Below the pieces are notes generated by a model, which was not told where the DNA came from, searched no databases, and saw nothing but the letters and a program-made list of their open reading frames with translations. The position numbers were made by a program, and so were the translations under genes. This document shows positions 56,173 to 64,000 of a stretch of DNA of 64,000 nt, one piece after another; the stretch's first letter is position 1, and each line of letters begins with the position of its first letter. The stretch lies in NCBI GenBank assembly GCA_034002905.1, contig JAVEZQ010000008.1, forward strand, positions 10,206 to 74,205. Direction: 5' to 3'. The stretch comes from Alphaproteobacteria bacterium (GTDB lineage Bacteria > Pseudomonadota > Alphaproteobacteria > UBA9219).

Positions 56173-57323
56173 AAAACTTTCTCGCCACTTCGCCAGACGG
56201 CTGTAGCCTTGAAATTATGGTCAAGTGCAACGATGTCTGCTTCAAAGTTTGGTAAGAGGTAACCAAACTTTTTGTCAAGGCCGAGGAAGGCTGCGGGAAT
56301 GGTCGAGGCCATGCGAAGAACTGTTTCGGGCGGAAGCTTCATGCGCTTGATTGCTTCCACAACACATTCGCCCAAGGTCAGCTTGGCACCGACGATGGTT
56401 CCGCTTTCATTCACACAGATTTTGTCTTGCGGATAAGCCATTACGCCACTCATTTTGAAGGGTTGGGCCTTTTCAGCTCCTGCCGCCGGCGAGGCGTCGC
56501 TCACGAAATAGAGGCGGTCTTTTTTCTTGGCGCGAAGGGCGAGTTTGACAAGTTCGGGATCGACATGCGTGCCATCGCCGATAATTCCGCAATAGCTATC
56601 GGCATCATTCATGGCATAGACTGCAACCCCTGGGGCACGCGTGCGAATGGGCGGCATGCGGGTATAAAGATGCGTGAAGCCCCGAGCTCCTTCGGCGAGT
56701 GCAGCTTTGACCTGTTCCTGTGTGGCGTCGGTATGGCCGATGCAAACGGTGATGCCTTGTTGAACAAGTTGTCGAATTTGGCCGGGCTTGGTCCGTTCAG
56801 GCGCGAGCGTGAGGATATAGATCTCTCCATTCTTTGCTTTGTATCCGGCAAGGTCTTCGGTTGAAAGATCGCGAAGCCATTGCGCGTGATGGGCCCCTTG
56901 GTATTCCTGATTAAGATGCGGCCCTTCCTGATGCACTCCTAGGATCGAGGGGTCTTTTGGGCGTGCAGCACGAACAGCTTCGACGGCCCGTTGTATTGCG
57001 ACGCTGTCGTCGGTCACGCAGGTGGGCAGGATACGGGTTGTCCCGGTTTTCCGGTGAGCCTGAACGATCTTGAGAACACTCTCGATGGAAGGGGTCTCGT
57101 TCAGGAGGACATTGTCCCCGCCATTGACCTGTGTATCGATAAAGCCGGGAGCCAGAATGGCATGTGGATAACTTTGCCTTTGATATCCTTCAGGAATGGC
57201 CGTAATCGGGACAAGATCGACGATTCGGCCCGCTTTAACCAAGAGAGCCTGCTGTTCGATAAAGGTTTCTCCGGTAAAGAGGATCGCGTCCGTGAGGGCA
57301 AAGGGGGTGTGGGTGTCGGGCAT
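56169..57323 (-). CDS. nagA: N-acetylglucosamine-6-phosphate deacetylase
   Basis: It is an amidohydrolase with GFIDTQVNGG, HQEGPHLN and CIGHTDA motifs. It aligns along its whole length with enterobacterial NagA. Confidence 0.9.
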   Translation of the reverse strand: MPDTHTPFALTDAILFTGETFIEQQALLVKAGRIVDLVPITAIPEGYQRQSYPHAILAPGFIDTQVNGGDNVLLNETPSIESVLKIVQAHRKTGTTRILPTCVTDDSVAIQRAVEAVRAARPKDPSILGVHQEGPHLNQEYQGAHHAQWLRDLSTEDLAGYKAKNGEIYILTLAPERTKPGQIRQLVQQGITVCIGHTDATQEQVKAALAEGARGFTHLYTRMPPIRTRAPGVAVYAMNDADSYCGIIGDGTHVDPELVKLALRAKKKDRLYFVSDASPAAGAEKAQPFKMSGVMAYPQDKICVNESGTIVGAKLTLGECVVEAIKRMKLPPETVLRMASTIPAAFLGLDKKFGYLLPNFEADIVALDHNFKATAVWRSGEKVF

Positions 57324-57385
57324 TACTTGCGTGGGCCTTTAGGCTGGGTTAGTATGGCCTCTCGCCAGATTCTGGCGGAACTCAT

Positions 57386-58066
57386 ATGATTTTCTCCAAG
57401 GTGAAGAATATGGACGATAAGGGACTTTTGCAAGAAATAGAAGACGATCTGGCCCGCAAGCGCCTTGAGGCTCTTTGGAAGAAATATGGCAATGCCGTGG
57501 TTGGTGCCGCGATGGCCATCGTATTTCTGACGGCTGGGTATTCGGGCTACAAAACTTATAAGACAAGCCACGAACAGGGACGAACCTCCGCGTTTCTCGA
57601 AATCGTTGAAGAGGCAAAGCTTGGCCGAACGGAAAAGATGGCGAAGCTTGAGGAATATGCCAAGGAACAAAAGGGCAAACCGCTTGCGGCTTTGGCGCAG
57701 TTTGCTGCGGCAGCTCAGGCTTTGGAAGGGAATGAAACGGACAAGGCTGTGGCCAAGTATAACGAGATTGCGACTGACAGCTCTGTTGATCCTTTATTTC
57801 GTCAGCTAGCGGACCTGTTGTTTGTGCAATCTCAGCTCGACACGGCAGAGCCTGCGCAACTCGAGGCGCGTTTGGCGCCGCTTTTGAAACCGGACTGTGC
57901 GTGGCGCGCTTCCGCGATGGAGTATGCGGGGTATCTGGCCATTCGTCAGGGGGATAAGGAAAAGGCTAAAAATCTTTTCAAAGAATTGCGCGAGTTGCCC
58001 GGACTGACTCGTGAAATGGCGATGCGGGTGAACGATCTTTATCAATGGTTGAACAAAGGGGCTTGA
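57386..58066 (+). CDS. YfgM-like tetratricopeptide membrane-anchored protein (UPF0070) upstream of bamB
   Basis: It has an N-terminal TM and helical repeats, and the conserved yfgM-bamB-der synteny is present. Confidence 0.6.
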   Translation: MIFSKVKNMDDKGLLQEIEDDLARKRLEALWKKYGNAVVGAAMAIVFLTAGYSGYKTYKTSHEQGRTSAFLEIVEEAKLGRTEKMAKLEEYAKEQKGKPLAALAQFAAAAQALEGNETDKAVAKYNEIATDSSVDPLFRQLADLLFVQSQLDTAEPAQLEARLAPLLKPDCAWRASAMEYAGYLAIRQGDKEKAKNLFKELRELPGLTREMAMRVNDLYQWLNKGA

Positions 58067-58070
58067 TACA

Positions 58071-59411
58071 ATGAAGCCGATGACACCATGCTTGATCCGA
58101 AAGGCTTCCTTGTTTGGGGTTCTTTTGCTTGGCCTTGCGGCCTGTTCTTCACCGGACACGAATGATGCGTTCAAAGTCGAAGGTGAACGAGTCTCGGCGC
58201 TTGAGGCTGTGCGTGAAGCCGCCTATGCGCCACAGGGTGATGGGGTTACCATCAGCTTGAATGAGCCTGCCCTGATCACAGAATGGGCGCAGGCAGGTGG
58301 AAAGGCGACGCATGCGCCGGGGCATATGTCTTTAGGAAGAGCTCCTACGGAAATCTGGGATCGTGATATTGGTTCTGGTTCGCGTGGCGGCTATAAATTG
58401 CTCGCCCAGCCTATCGTTGCGGAAAACAAAATTTTTGCGATGGATGCACGTGGTATGGTCAGTGCTTACCGTGCCGAGGATGGCCGTCAGGCGTGGGAGC
58501 AAGAAACACGGCCTGCTAGTGCGGATGAGGATGCGATTGGGGGCGGCGTTTCCTATGACAACGGCGTTGTCTATGCCGCAACGGGTTTTGGTGAGGTTCT
58601 GGCGCTGCGGGCATCTGATGGGGCCATAATCTGGCGTCGGATGCTTCAAAAGCCCATTCGTTCGGCCCCTACGATTTCGGATGGCCGACTCTTTGTAATT
58701 GATATCGAAAACGAAACTACGGCAATCGACACGAAAACGAGTTTTGTGCTGTGGCACCATAAAGGGATCGCCGAAAATGCGACGTTGATGGGTTCTTCCA
58801 GCCCAGCCGTTGATGGCGATACAGTGGTTGTGGCGTATAGTTCGGGTGAAATCTTTGGCTTGCGGGCCCAAAATGGTCGCGTGGTGTGGAGTGAAGTGCT
58901 CGCCGTGCCCAAAACTATTGGGGCTTTGCCAGCCATTGCTGATATTCGTGGCCTCCCCGTTATTGATGCGGGAAGAGTGTATGCGACGAGTCACAGCGGT
59001 CGCACCGTATCTTTGATGCAGCGGACGGGCAATCGTGCATGGGAAGCTGATATTGGCGGGATCAACACACCGTTTGTATCGGGCGATGTGGTTTTTATGC
59101 TTTCGCTTAACAATCACCTTCTTGCGCTGGATCGTGAACTTGGCCGTATCATTTGGTCTACAGAACTTCCCAAGCTCGAAGATCCTGAAGACAAAGATTC
59201 AAAACCCGTCTTCTGGTGGGGGCCTGTATTGGCCGGAGGACGTCTCTGGCTTACAAGCTCTCACGGCAGCCTTGCCAGCTATGATGCGGTGACGGGTCTG
59301 CAGACAGGTGTGCAGGAAAACGTGGCCGATGCCTTCTTTATGCCGCCCGTTGTTGCGAACTTGACGCTGTATCTTCTTGCGGATGACGGTACGCTCATCG
59401 CCATGAAGTAG
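58071..59411 (+). CDS. bamB: Outer membrane protein assembly factor BamB (PQQ-repeat beta-propeller lipoprotein)
   Basis: It has a lipobox LGLAAC and repeated PQQ-like blades. Confidence 0.85.
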   Translation: MKPMTPCLIRKASLFGVLLLGLAACSSPDTNDAFKVEGERVSALEAVREAAYAPQGDGVTISLNEPALITEWAQAGGKATHAPGHMSLGRAPTEIWDRDIGSGSRGGYKLLAQPIVAENKIFAMDARGMVSAYRAEDGRQAWEQETRPASADEDAIGGGVSYDNGVVYAATGFGEVLALRASDGAIIWRRMLQKPIRSAPTISDGRLFVIDIENETTAIDTKTSFVLWHHKGIAENATLMGSSSPAVDGDTVVVAYSSGEIFGLRAQNGRVVWSEVLAVPKTIGALPAIADIRGLPVIDAGRVYATSHSGRTVSLMQRTGNRAWEADIGGINTPFVSGDVVFMLSLNNHLLALDRELGRIIWSTELPKLEDPEDKDSKPVFWWGPVLAGGRLWLTSSHGSLASYDAVTGLQTGVQENVADAFFMPPVVANLTLYLLADDGTLIAMK

Positions 59412-59439
59412 TGCCAGTTAAGATGGCAGGAAAGTTAGA

Positions 59440-60813
59440 ATGAAACAGATGTTTTCCGTAGCAATTGCCGGACGGCCCAATGTCGGCAAGTCAACTTTGT
59501 TTAACCGGTTGATTGGCAAATCCATGGCGATCATAGACGATCAGCCGGGCGTGACCCGCGATTGGCGCGATGGTGACGGGCGGCTTTTTGACTTGCGCTT
59601 TAAACTCTATGATACGGCGGGGCTTGAAGATCGGCGTCCGGGCGGGAGTATCTCGGCCCGTATGGCCAAGCAAACCAAGATGGCGCTGGGGCGTAGCGAT
59701 GTGATCCTGATGATGGTGGATGGTCGCACAGGTCTGACTGATGATGATCGCTTTATCGCGCGCGAGGTGCGCAAGGAAAACAAGCCGATTATCTTGCTTG
59801 TCAACAAGTGCGAGAGCACAAAGCTTCCTGAGGGGTATCATGAAGCGCTTGCGCTTGGTTTTGACAAGGTAATCGCGATTTCGGCGCAGCATGGCGAAAA
59901 CATGCATGAGGTCTATGAAGCCTTGAAGCCTTATGCGCCCGAGAAGGCCTTTGCGCCTGATGAAGAGGATGAAGATCTGGGTGAAGAAGGGAGCCCTCGG
60001 CTTCATATCGCGATTGCCGGGCGCCCAAATGCTGGAAAGTCAACGCTTGCCAACCAATATATTGGTGAAGAACGTATGCTCACAGGCCCCGAACCGGGGC
60101 TGACGCGTGATGCCATCCATATCAATTTTGATTATAAGGGGCAGCCCGTTCGGCTTGTCGATACGGCGGGGATGCGTCGCCGCGCGCGCGTGGATGAAGC
60201 GCTTGAGAAAATGAGTGTGAAGGAAAGCCTGCGTGCCATTCGTTTGGCGCATGTGGTGATCCTCGTGCTGGATGCCGAGATGCCCTTTGACAAGCAGGAT
60301 TATACAATTGCCCAGCATGTTGCCAAAGAAGGGCGCGGCCTTGTGATCGCCGTCAATAAATGGGACAAGGTGAAGGATCGCCAAGCCGTTATTCGGATGA
60401 TTCAAGCCAAAGTCGAAGCCTCGCTGGCGCAGCTAGCGGGCGTGAGGATTATTCCTATTTCTGCCAAGAAGGGCGATGGGCTTGATCAGCTAATGGACGC
60501 TGTTTTCAAGACCTATGAGAAATGGAATGTCCGCTTGTCGACGGGTCAGCTTAATCGCTGGTTCGAGGGTATGGTGGCCAGTCATCCACCGCCCATCGTT
60601 GGCGGGGGGCGCGTGAAGCCGCGCTATATCACCCAGATGAAGGGGCGTCCGCCTACTTTTGGGATGTGGGGGAACAAACTAGGTGATTTGCCGGAAAGCT
60701 ATTTGCGCTTTCTGACCAATGGTTTGCGTAAAGGCTTCAATATGCAGGGCGTGCCTATCCGCTGGGTGCTCAAGAAGGGCGAGAACCCCTATGATCCGGC
60801 GAAGGGAAAATAG
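59440..60813 (+). CDS. der: Ribosome biogenesis GTPase Der (EngA), tandem GTPase domains plus KH-like domain
   Basis: It has two G-domains (GRPNVGKST and GRPNAGKST with DTAG motifs) and a C-terminal KH-like domain. Confidence 0.95.
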   Translation: MKQMFSVAIAGRPNVGKSTLFNRLIGKSMAIIDDQPGVTRDWRDGDGRLFDLRFKLYDTAGLEDRRPGGSISARMAKQTKMALGRSDVILMMVDGRTGLTDDDRFIAREVRKENKPIILLVNKCESTKLPEGYHEALALGFDKVIAISAQHGENMHEVYEALKPYAPEKAFAPDEEDEDLGEEGSPRLHIAIAGRPNAGKSTLANQYIGEERMLTGPEPGLTRDAIHINFDYKGQPVRLVDTAGMRRRARVDEALEKMSVKESLRAIRLAHVVILVLDAEMPFDKQDYTIAQHVAKEGRGLVIAVNKWDKVKDRQAVIRMIQAKVEASLAQLAGVRIIPISAKKGDGLDQLMDAVFKTYEKWNVRLSTGQLNRWFEGMVASHPPPIVGGGRVKPRYITQMKGRPPTFGMWGNKLGDLPESYLRFLTNGLRKGFNMQGVPIRWVLKKGENPYDPAKGK

Positions 60814-60820
60814 TCGTTTA

Positions 60821-61690
60821 TTACTTTACATCTTCATGAGGGATGGAGGGCAGATAGAACATACCTTGCACACCATATTTCCTTGCCATTGCTGAAATAA
60901 AGCCGGTACTGACGAGATAATCCACCGAGCTATCGAGCATGGATTTGAGTTTAAACTCGCCCGTAGGTATGGCAAGCGTGCCGGATAAGAGAATGGGCGG
61001 AATACCCTCAATCTTACGGATTTTGTTGGGATGGCTTGCCATAAACATTTTCGCGCTGGCTGTATCAACAATAACGATGTCGGCCTTGCCAGAAGTAAGT
61101 TCCATCAGCAGTTGCGTATTATCGCTGATATTGGGCAAGGTTACGAGCTTGGCACTAGGGAACTTGAGAGCAACGACAGAGGCGCTAGCTTCCCCTTCTA
61201 TTGCAGTAATCTTGACTTCGGGTTTATCAATTGCTGCTACGCCTTGATCAAATCGATGATCATCTATACGGACATAGGGATCCATGCTGGCGTAGCCGAC
61301 AGGTTTAATGAAATCTGAAACGGTCGTGCGACTAACAGTGGGCGTAACGGGACCACAAACGGCGTCATACCGATCTGTTGAGAAACCCTCGAACATTTGT
61401 GCGATGTTGACATCTTCAACATAATCAAATTTCAGATTCAGATCATGCCCAATCTGCGCAAGAATATCCGGTATAAATCCAGACACAGTGCCCGTGTTTG
61501 GGTCTTTCATAATAAATGGTCGCCATGAAAAATAGGCGCAACGCACGGTGCGGGTCTTCATGATGCGGTCGTAATGTGTTGATGTTTGCGTAGTTATTGA
61601 TTGTGGTGCTGGCGCGCTACGGTAAAGAGAAAAGAAAAGGGCGCATAGGGACAGGATAAGAGCAAAGGCAGAAAGTTTAGAAGTATACAT
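60821..61690 (-). CDS. Periplasmic solute-binding protein (family 3, amino-acid-type ABC transporter SBP)
   Basis: It has a signal peptide and a two-lobe SBP_bac_3-like sequence. No permease or ATPase gene is adjacent in this window. Confidence 0.55.
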   Translation of the reverse strand: MYTSKLSAFALILSLCALFFSLYRSAPAPQSITTQTSTHYDRIMKTRTVRCAYFSWRPFIMKDPNTGTVSGFIPDILAQIGHDLNLKFDYVEDVNIAQMFEGFSTDRYDAVCGPVTPTVSRTTVSDFIKPVGYASMDPYVRIDDHRFDQGVAAIDKPEVKITAIEGEASASVVALKFPSAKLVTLPNISDNTQLLMELTSGKADIVIVDTASAKMFMASHPNKIRKIEGIPPILLSGTLAIPTGEFKLKSMLDSSVDYLVSTGFISAMARKYGVQGMFYLPSIPHEDVK

Positions 61691-61745
61691 GAACTTACTC
61701 CTACATCGTGTGGTTATGTAAAATTCACACACTGGTCGGTTGCTG

Positions 61746-62789
61746 TCAAGGCGCAGTTGCCACAGGTAACCACTGTACCTCTTCAATCGTCTCTGCGCCT
61801 GCGCAGAGCATTACGAGACGATCAATCCCCAGCGCGATGCCCGCCGAGGCGGGCATGCCATGGCGTAAAGCGGCGACAAAATCCATATCAATGGGATAGC
61901 GTTCGCCGTGTAACTCTTCTTTCAGGTCCATGTCGGCCTCAAAGCGACGGAGCTGTTCTTCGGGATCGGTCAGCTCGTCAAAGGCGTTAGCGATTTCATA
62001 GCCTGCCATATACAGCTCGAACCGATTGGCAAGGCGTGGCTCATTTGGATTGGGACGTGCAAGAGCCGCCATGGAAACCGGATAGTCGGTGAGGAAAGTG
62101 GGGGCGTCCTTGCCAAGGTTCGGTTCGATCACATCCCCCAAAATCCGAAAGAAAATATCGTCCCAACTATCTTCATCTGTCACGCGAAAACCCTTGTCTT
62201 GCACCGCTTGGCGTAAGGCCTTCGTGTCGTAAGTCTGCGGATCGCGAATGCTCGCCATCAAATCAATTCCGGCATAATGCGTGAAGGCATCCGGCACGGA
62301 AAGTGTTTGCCACTGTGCAAAGGGATCGCAACGCATGCCGTTCGCTTCGAAAACAGTTTTGCCAGAAGTGGTTGCGCATGCGCGGGTGAGGGCCATACAG
62401 TCCTGCATAATGTCTTGCAGTGTCGCACCTGCGCGATACCACTCGATCATCGCAAACTCGGGATGATGGCGGCTGGAGCGCTCGCCGTTGCGGAAGACAT
62501 GCGCAATTTGATAGATTTTTGGCTCGCCCGCGACAAGCAACTTCTTCATCGCGAATTCAGGACTTGTGTGAAGATAGAGCGTCAACGGCGGGACATCGCC
62601 ATGGGGGCTTTTGAGCTCGGTACGAAAAGCCTGAAGATGGACTTCATTGCCCGGCGAGATTTGAAGGCAGGGGGTTTCAACTTCTTCAAAGCCTTCAGCA
62701 TCGAAATAAGCACGTGTTGCTTTAATGACTTTCGAACGAACAGCCAAAAATGGTTTGCGTTTAGCATAGAGATCGGGGCGCCATTCCAT
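61746..62789 (-). CDS. epmA: EF-P--(R)-beta-lysine ligase EpmA (PoxA/GenX, class II LysRS paralogue without anticodon-binding domain)
   Basis: It aligns along its whole length with E. coli EpmA: class II motifs 1-3 are present (ETPCL, FRNGERSSRHHPEFAMIEWY, GIALGIDRLVMLCAG). It is 347 aa. Confidence 0.85.
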   Translation of the reverse strand: MEWRPDLYAKRKPFLAVRSKVIKATRAYFDAEGFEEVETPCLQISPGNEVHLQAFRTELKSPHGDVPPLTLYLHTSPEFAMKKLLVAGEPKIYQIAHVFRNGERSSRHHPEFAMIEWYRAGATLQDIMQDCMALTRACATTSGKTVFEANGMRCDPFAQWQTLSVPDAFTHYAGIDLMASIRDPQTYDTKALRQAVQDKGFRVTDEDSWDDIFFRILGDVIEPNLGKDAPTFLTDYPVSMAALARPNPNEPRLANRFELYMAGYEIANAFDELTDPEEQLRRFEADMDLKEELHGERYPIDMDFVAALRHGMPASAGIALGIDRLVMLCAGAETIEEVQWLPVATAP

Positions 62790-62791
62790 GA

Positions 62792-64000
62792 CTAGCTAAG
62801 AAAGGTCGCACGACGTGCAAGTAAGGAAAGCTCACAATTAGACTCTTCATTTTCAAAGTCTGTCAGGCGGATTGGATACTCGTTCGTAAAGCACGCGTCA
62901 CAATATTGTGGGGCTGCGTTGTTACGTCCTTCAAGGCCAAGGGCGCGATAAAGCCCATCTATGGAAACAAAAGCAAGCGAGTCTACGCCGATAAACTTGG
63001 CCATTTCTTCGACCGAATGTTTGTGCGCCAAAAGCTTTTCTGATTCAGGTGTATCGATGCCGTAGAAGCAGGCGCATTTGGTCGGCGGGCTCGAGATGCG
63101 CATATGCACTTCGCTTGCGCCCGCATTGCGGATCATTTCAACAATCTTGACGGACGTCGTGCCACGCACGATAGAGTCATCTAAAAGAACAACACGCTTA
63201 CCGTCGATATATTTGCGATTGGCGTTGTGCTTGAGCTTGACGCCGATATGACGGATTTTGTCCGTTGGTTGGATAAAGGTACGTCCCACATAGTGGTTGC
63301 GGATGATGCCCATTTCATAGGGTATGCCGCTTTGCTGGGCGTAGCCGATGGCTGCGGGCACGCCGGAGTCCGGCACGGGCACGACAATGTCGGCCTCAAC
63401 GGGTGACTCTTTGGCAAGCTCGATGCCGATTTGCTTGCGCGCCACATAAACCGAATAGCCGTCAAGGAATGAGTCAGGCCGTGCAAAATAGACATATTCA
63501 AAGATACAGGAACGTCGTGATACAGATTGGAAAGGATGCAGGCTTTCAATCGTCTCGCCATTCAGGATGACCATTTCGCCTGCTTCGACATCACGGACGA
63601 ACTGGGCACCGATGATATCAAGGGCGCACGTTTCACTTGCGAGGACATAGGCATTTCCCAACTGGCCGATCACAAGTGGCCGGACGCCATAAGGATCCCG
63701 CATGCCGATAAGCATGCCTTTGGCCAGACAGACGAGGGAATAAGCCCCTTCGACCTGCTGCAAGGCTTCGATCAGGCGGTCGATAACGGTTGCCTTTTTC
63801 GACATGGCGACAAGATGGATGATAACTTCGGTATCTGTTGTCGCATGAAAGATGGCGCCCTTTTTGACCAACATTTTGCGTAAGGCGTAGGCGTTGGTTA
63901 GATTACCATTGTGCGCAACGCCAAAGCCGCCAAACTCGAAATCGGCGAAAAGGGGTTGGATATTCCGAAAAGAGGTGCCCCCTGCTGTTGAATAACGAAC
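62792..64000 (-). CDS. purF: Amidophosphoribosyltransferase (partial, N-terminus beyond the window edge)
   Basis: It has the PRTase motif VVLLDDSIVRGTTS. The minus-strand frame continues upstream of the listed Met to the window end and reads VRYSTAGG...GVAHNGNLTN. Confidence 0.9.
   Translation of the reverse strand, partial: VRYSTAGGTSFRNIQPLFADFEFGGFGVAHNGNLTNAYALRKMLVKKGAIFHATTDTEVIIHLVAMSKKATVIDRLIEALQQVEGAYSLVCLAKGMLIGMRDPYGVRPLVIGQLGNAYVLASETCALDIIGAQFVRDVEAGEMVILNGETIESLHPFQSVSRRSCIFEYVYFARPDSFLDGYSVYVARKQIGIELAKESPVEADIVVPVPDSGVPAAIGYAQQSGIPYEMGIIRNHYVGRTFIQPTDKIRHIGVKLKHNANRKYIDGKRVVLLDDSIVRGTTSVKIVEMIRNAGASEVHMRISSPPTKCACFYGIDTPESEKLLAHKHSVEEMAKFIGVDSLAFVSIDGLYRALGLEGRNNAAPQYCDACFTNEYPIRLTDFENEESNCELSLLARRATFLS

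Noticed and set aside
58332-59117. 261-aa minus-strand ORF inside bamB
   Set aside because: It is antisense to a PQQ-repeat lipoprotein gene and has no motifs.
59491-60405. Minus-strand ORFs of 171 and 121 aa inside der
   Set aside because: They are antisense to the two GTPase domains of Der.
1-64000. Searched for CRISPR arrays, rRNA genes, IS elements, transposases, integrases and phage genes
   Set aside because: I found no short direct repeats regularly interspaced, no rRNA-like conserved stretches, and no ORF with transposase (DDE), recombinase (R..H..R..Y) or phage structural signatures. The only mobile-element-like trace is the tRNA-Tyr 3'-end repeat.

Overview
This is a chromosomal window of about 49-50% GC from an alphaproteobacterium. 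The lineage call rests on the split atpI-B-E-F'-F F0 operon, the psd-pssA pair, tsaB-rimI, yfgM-bamB-der, and a hopanoid hpnABCDE cluster. About 60 genes can be supported, with two tRNAs and no rRNA, CRISPR, transposase or integrase. Most of the window is housekeeping: pyk, rpmJ, phoH, the atp F0 operon, psd/pssA/kdsA, accA, rlmB, rmuC, def, dut, coaBC, mreCD-mrdA, nagA, bamB, der, epmA and purF.

The stretch worth attention runs from about 30.4 to 45.3 kb. It holds a compact, non-canonically ordered type II secretion / type IV filament-like cluster: a lipoprotein secretin, a GspC/PilP-like protein, a GspE-type ATPase with a tetracysteine motif, a GspF platform protein, GspL-like and GspM-like bitopic proteins, and a pilin-like protein with an atypical leader that ends in a strong terminator. 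Upstream, a divergently transcribed canonical pseudopilin gene is translationally coupled (TAATG) to hpnA at the head of the hopanoid operon. Downstream, a separate transcription unit encodes two tandem ~890-aa paralogous polytopic membrane proteins that I cannot assign to any family.

Smaller points: an 18-bp direct repeat of the tRNA-Tyr 3' end lies 176 bp downstream of that tRNA and looks like an att-site scar. A gene with lower GC and AT-rich flanks encodes an HExxH protein. A CDC48-like double-AAA ATPase has non-canonical Walker B motifs. Several gene pairs overlap by 1-4 nt. One coordinate caveat: between roughly 35.9 and 39 kb, my reading of the printed sequence lines and the ORF-track coordinates seemed to disagree by 1 nt. 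CDS coordinates follow the ORF track; features I derived by hand in that region may be off by 1-2 nt.
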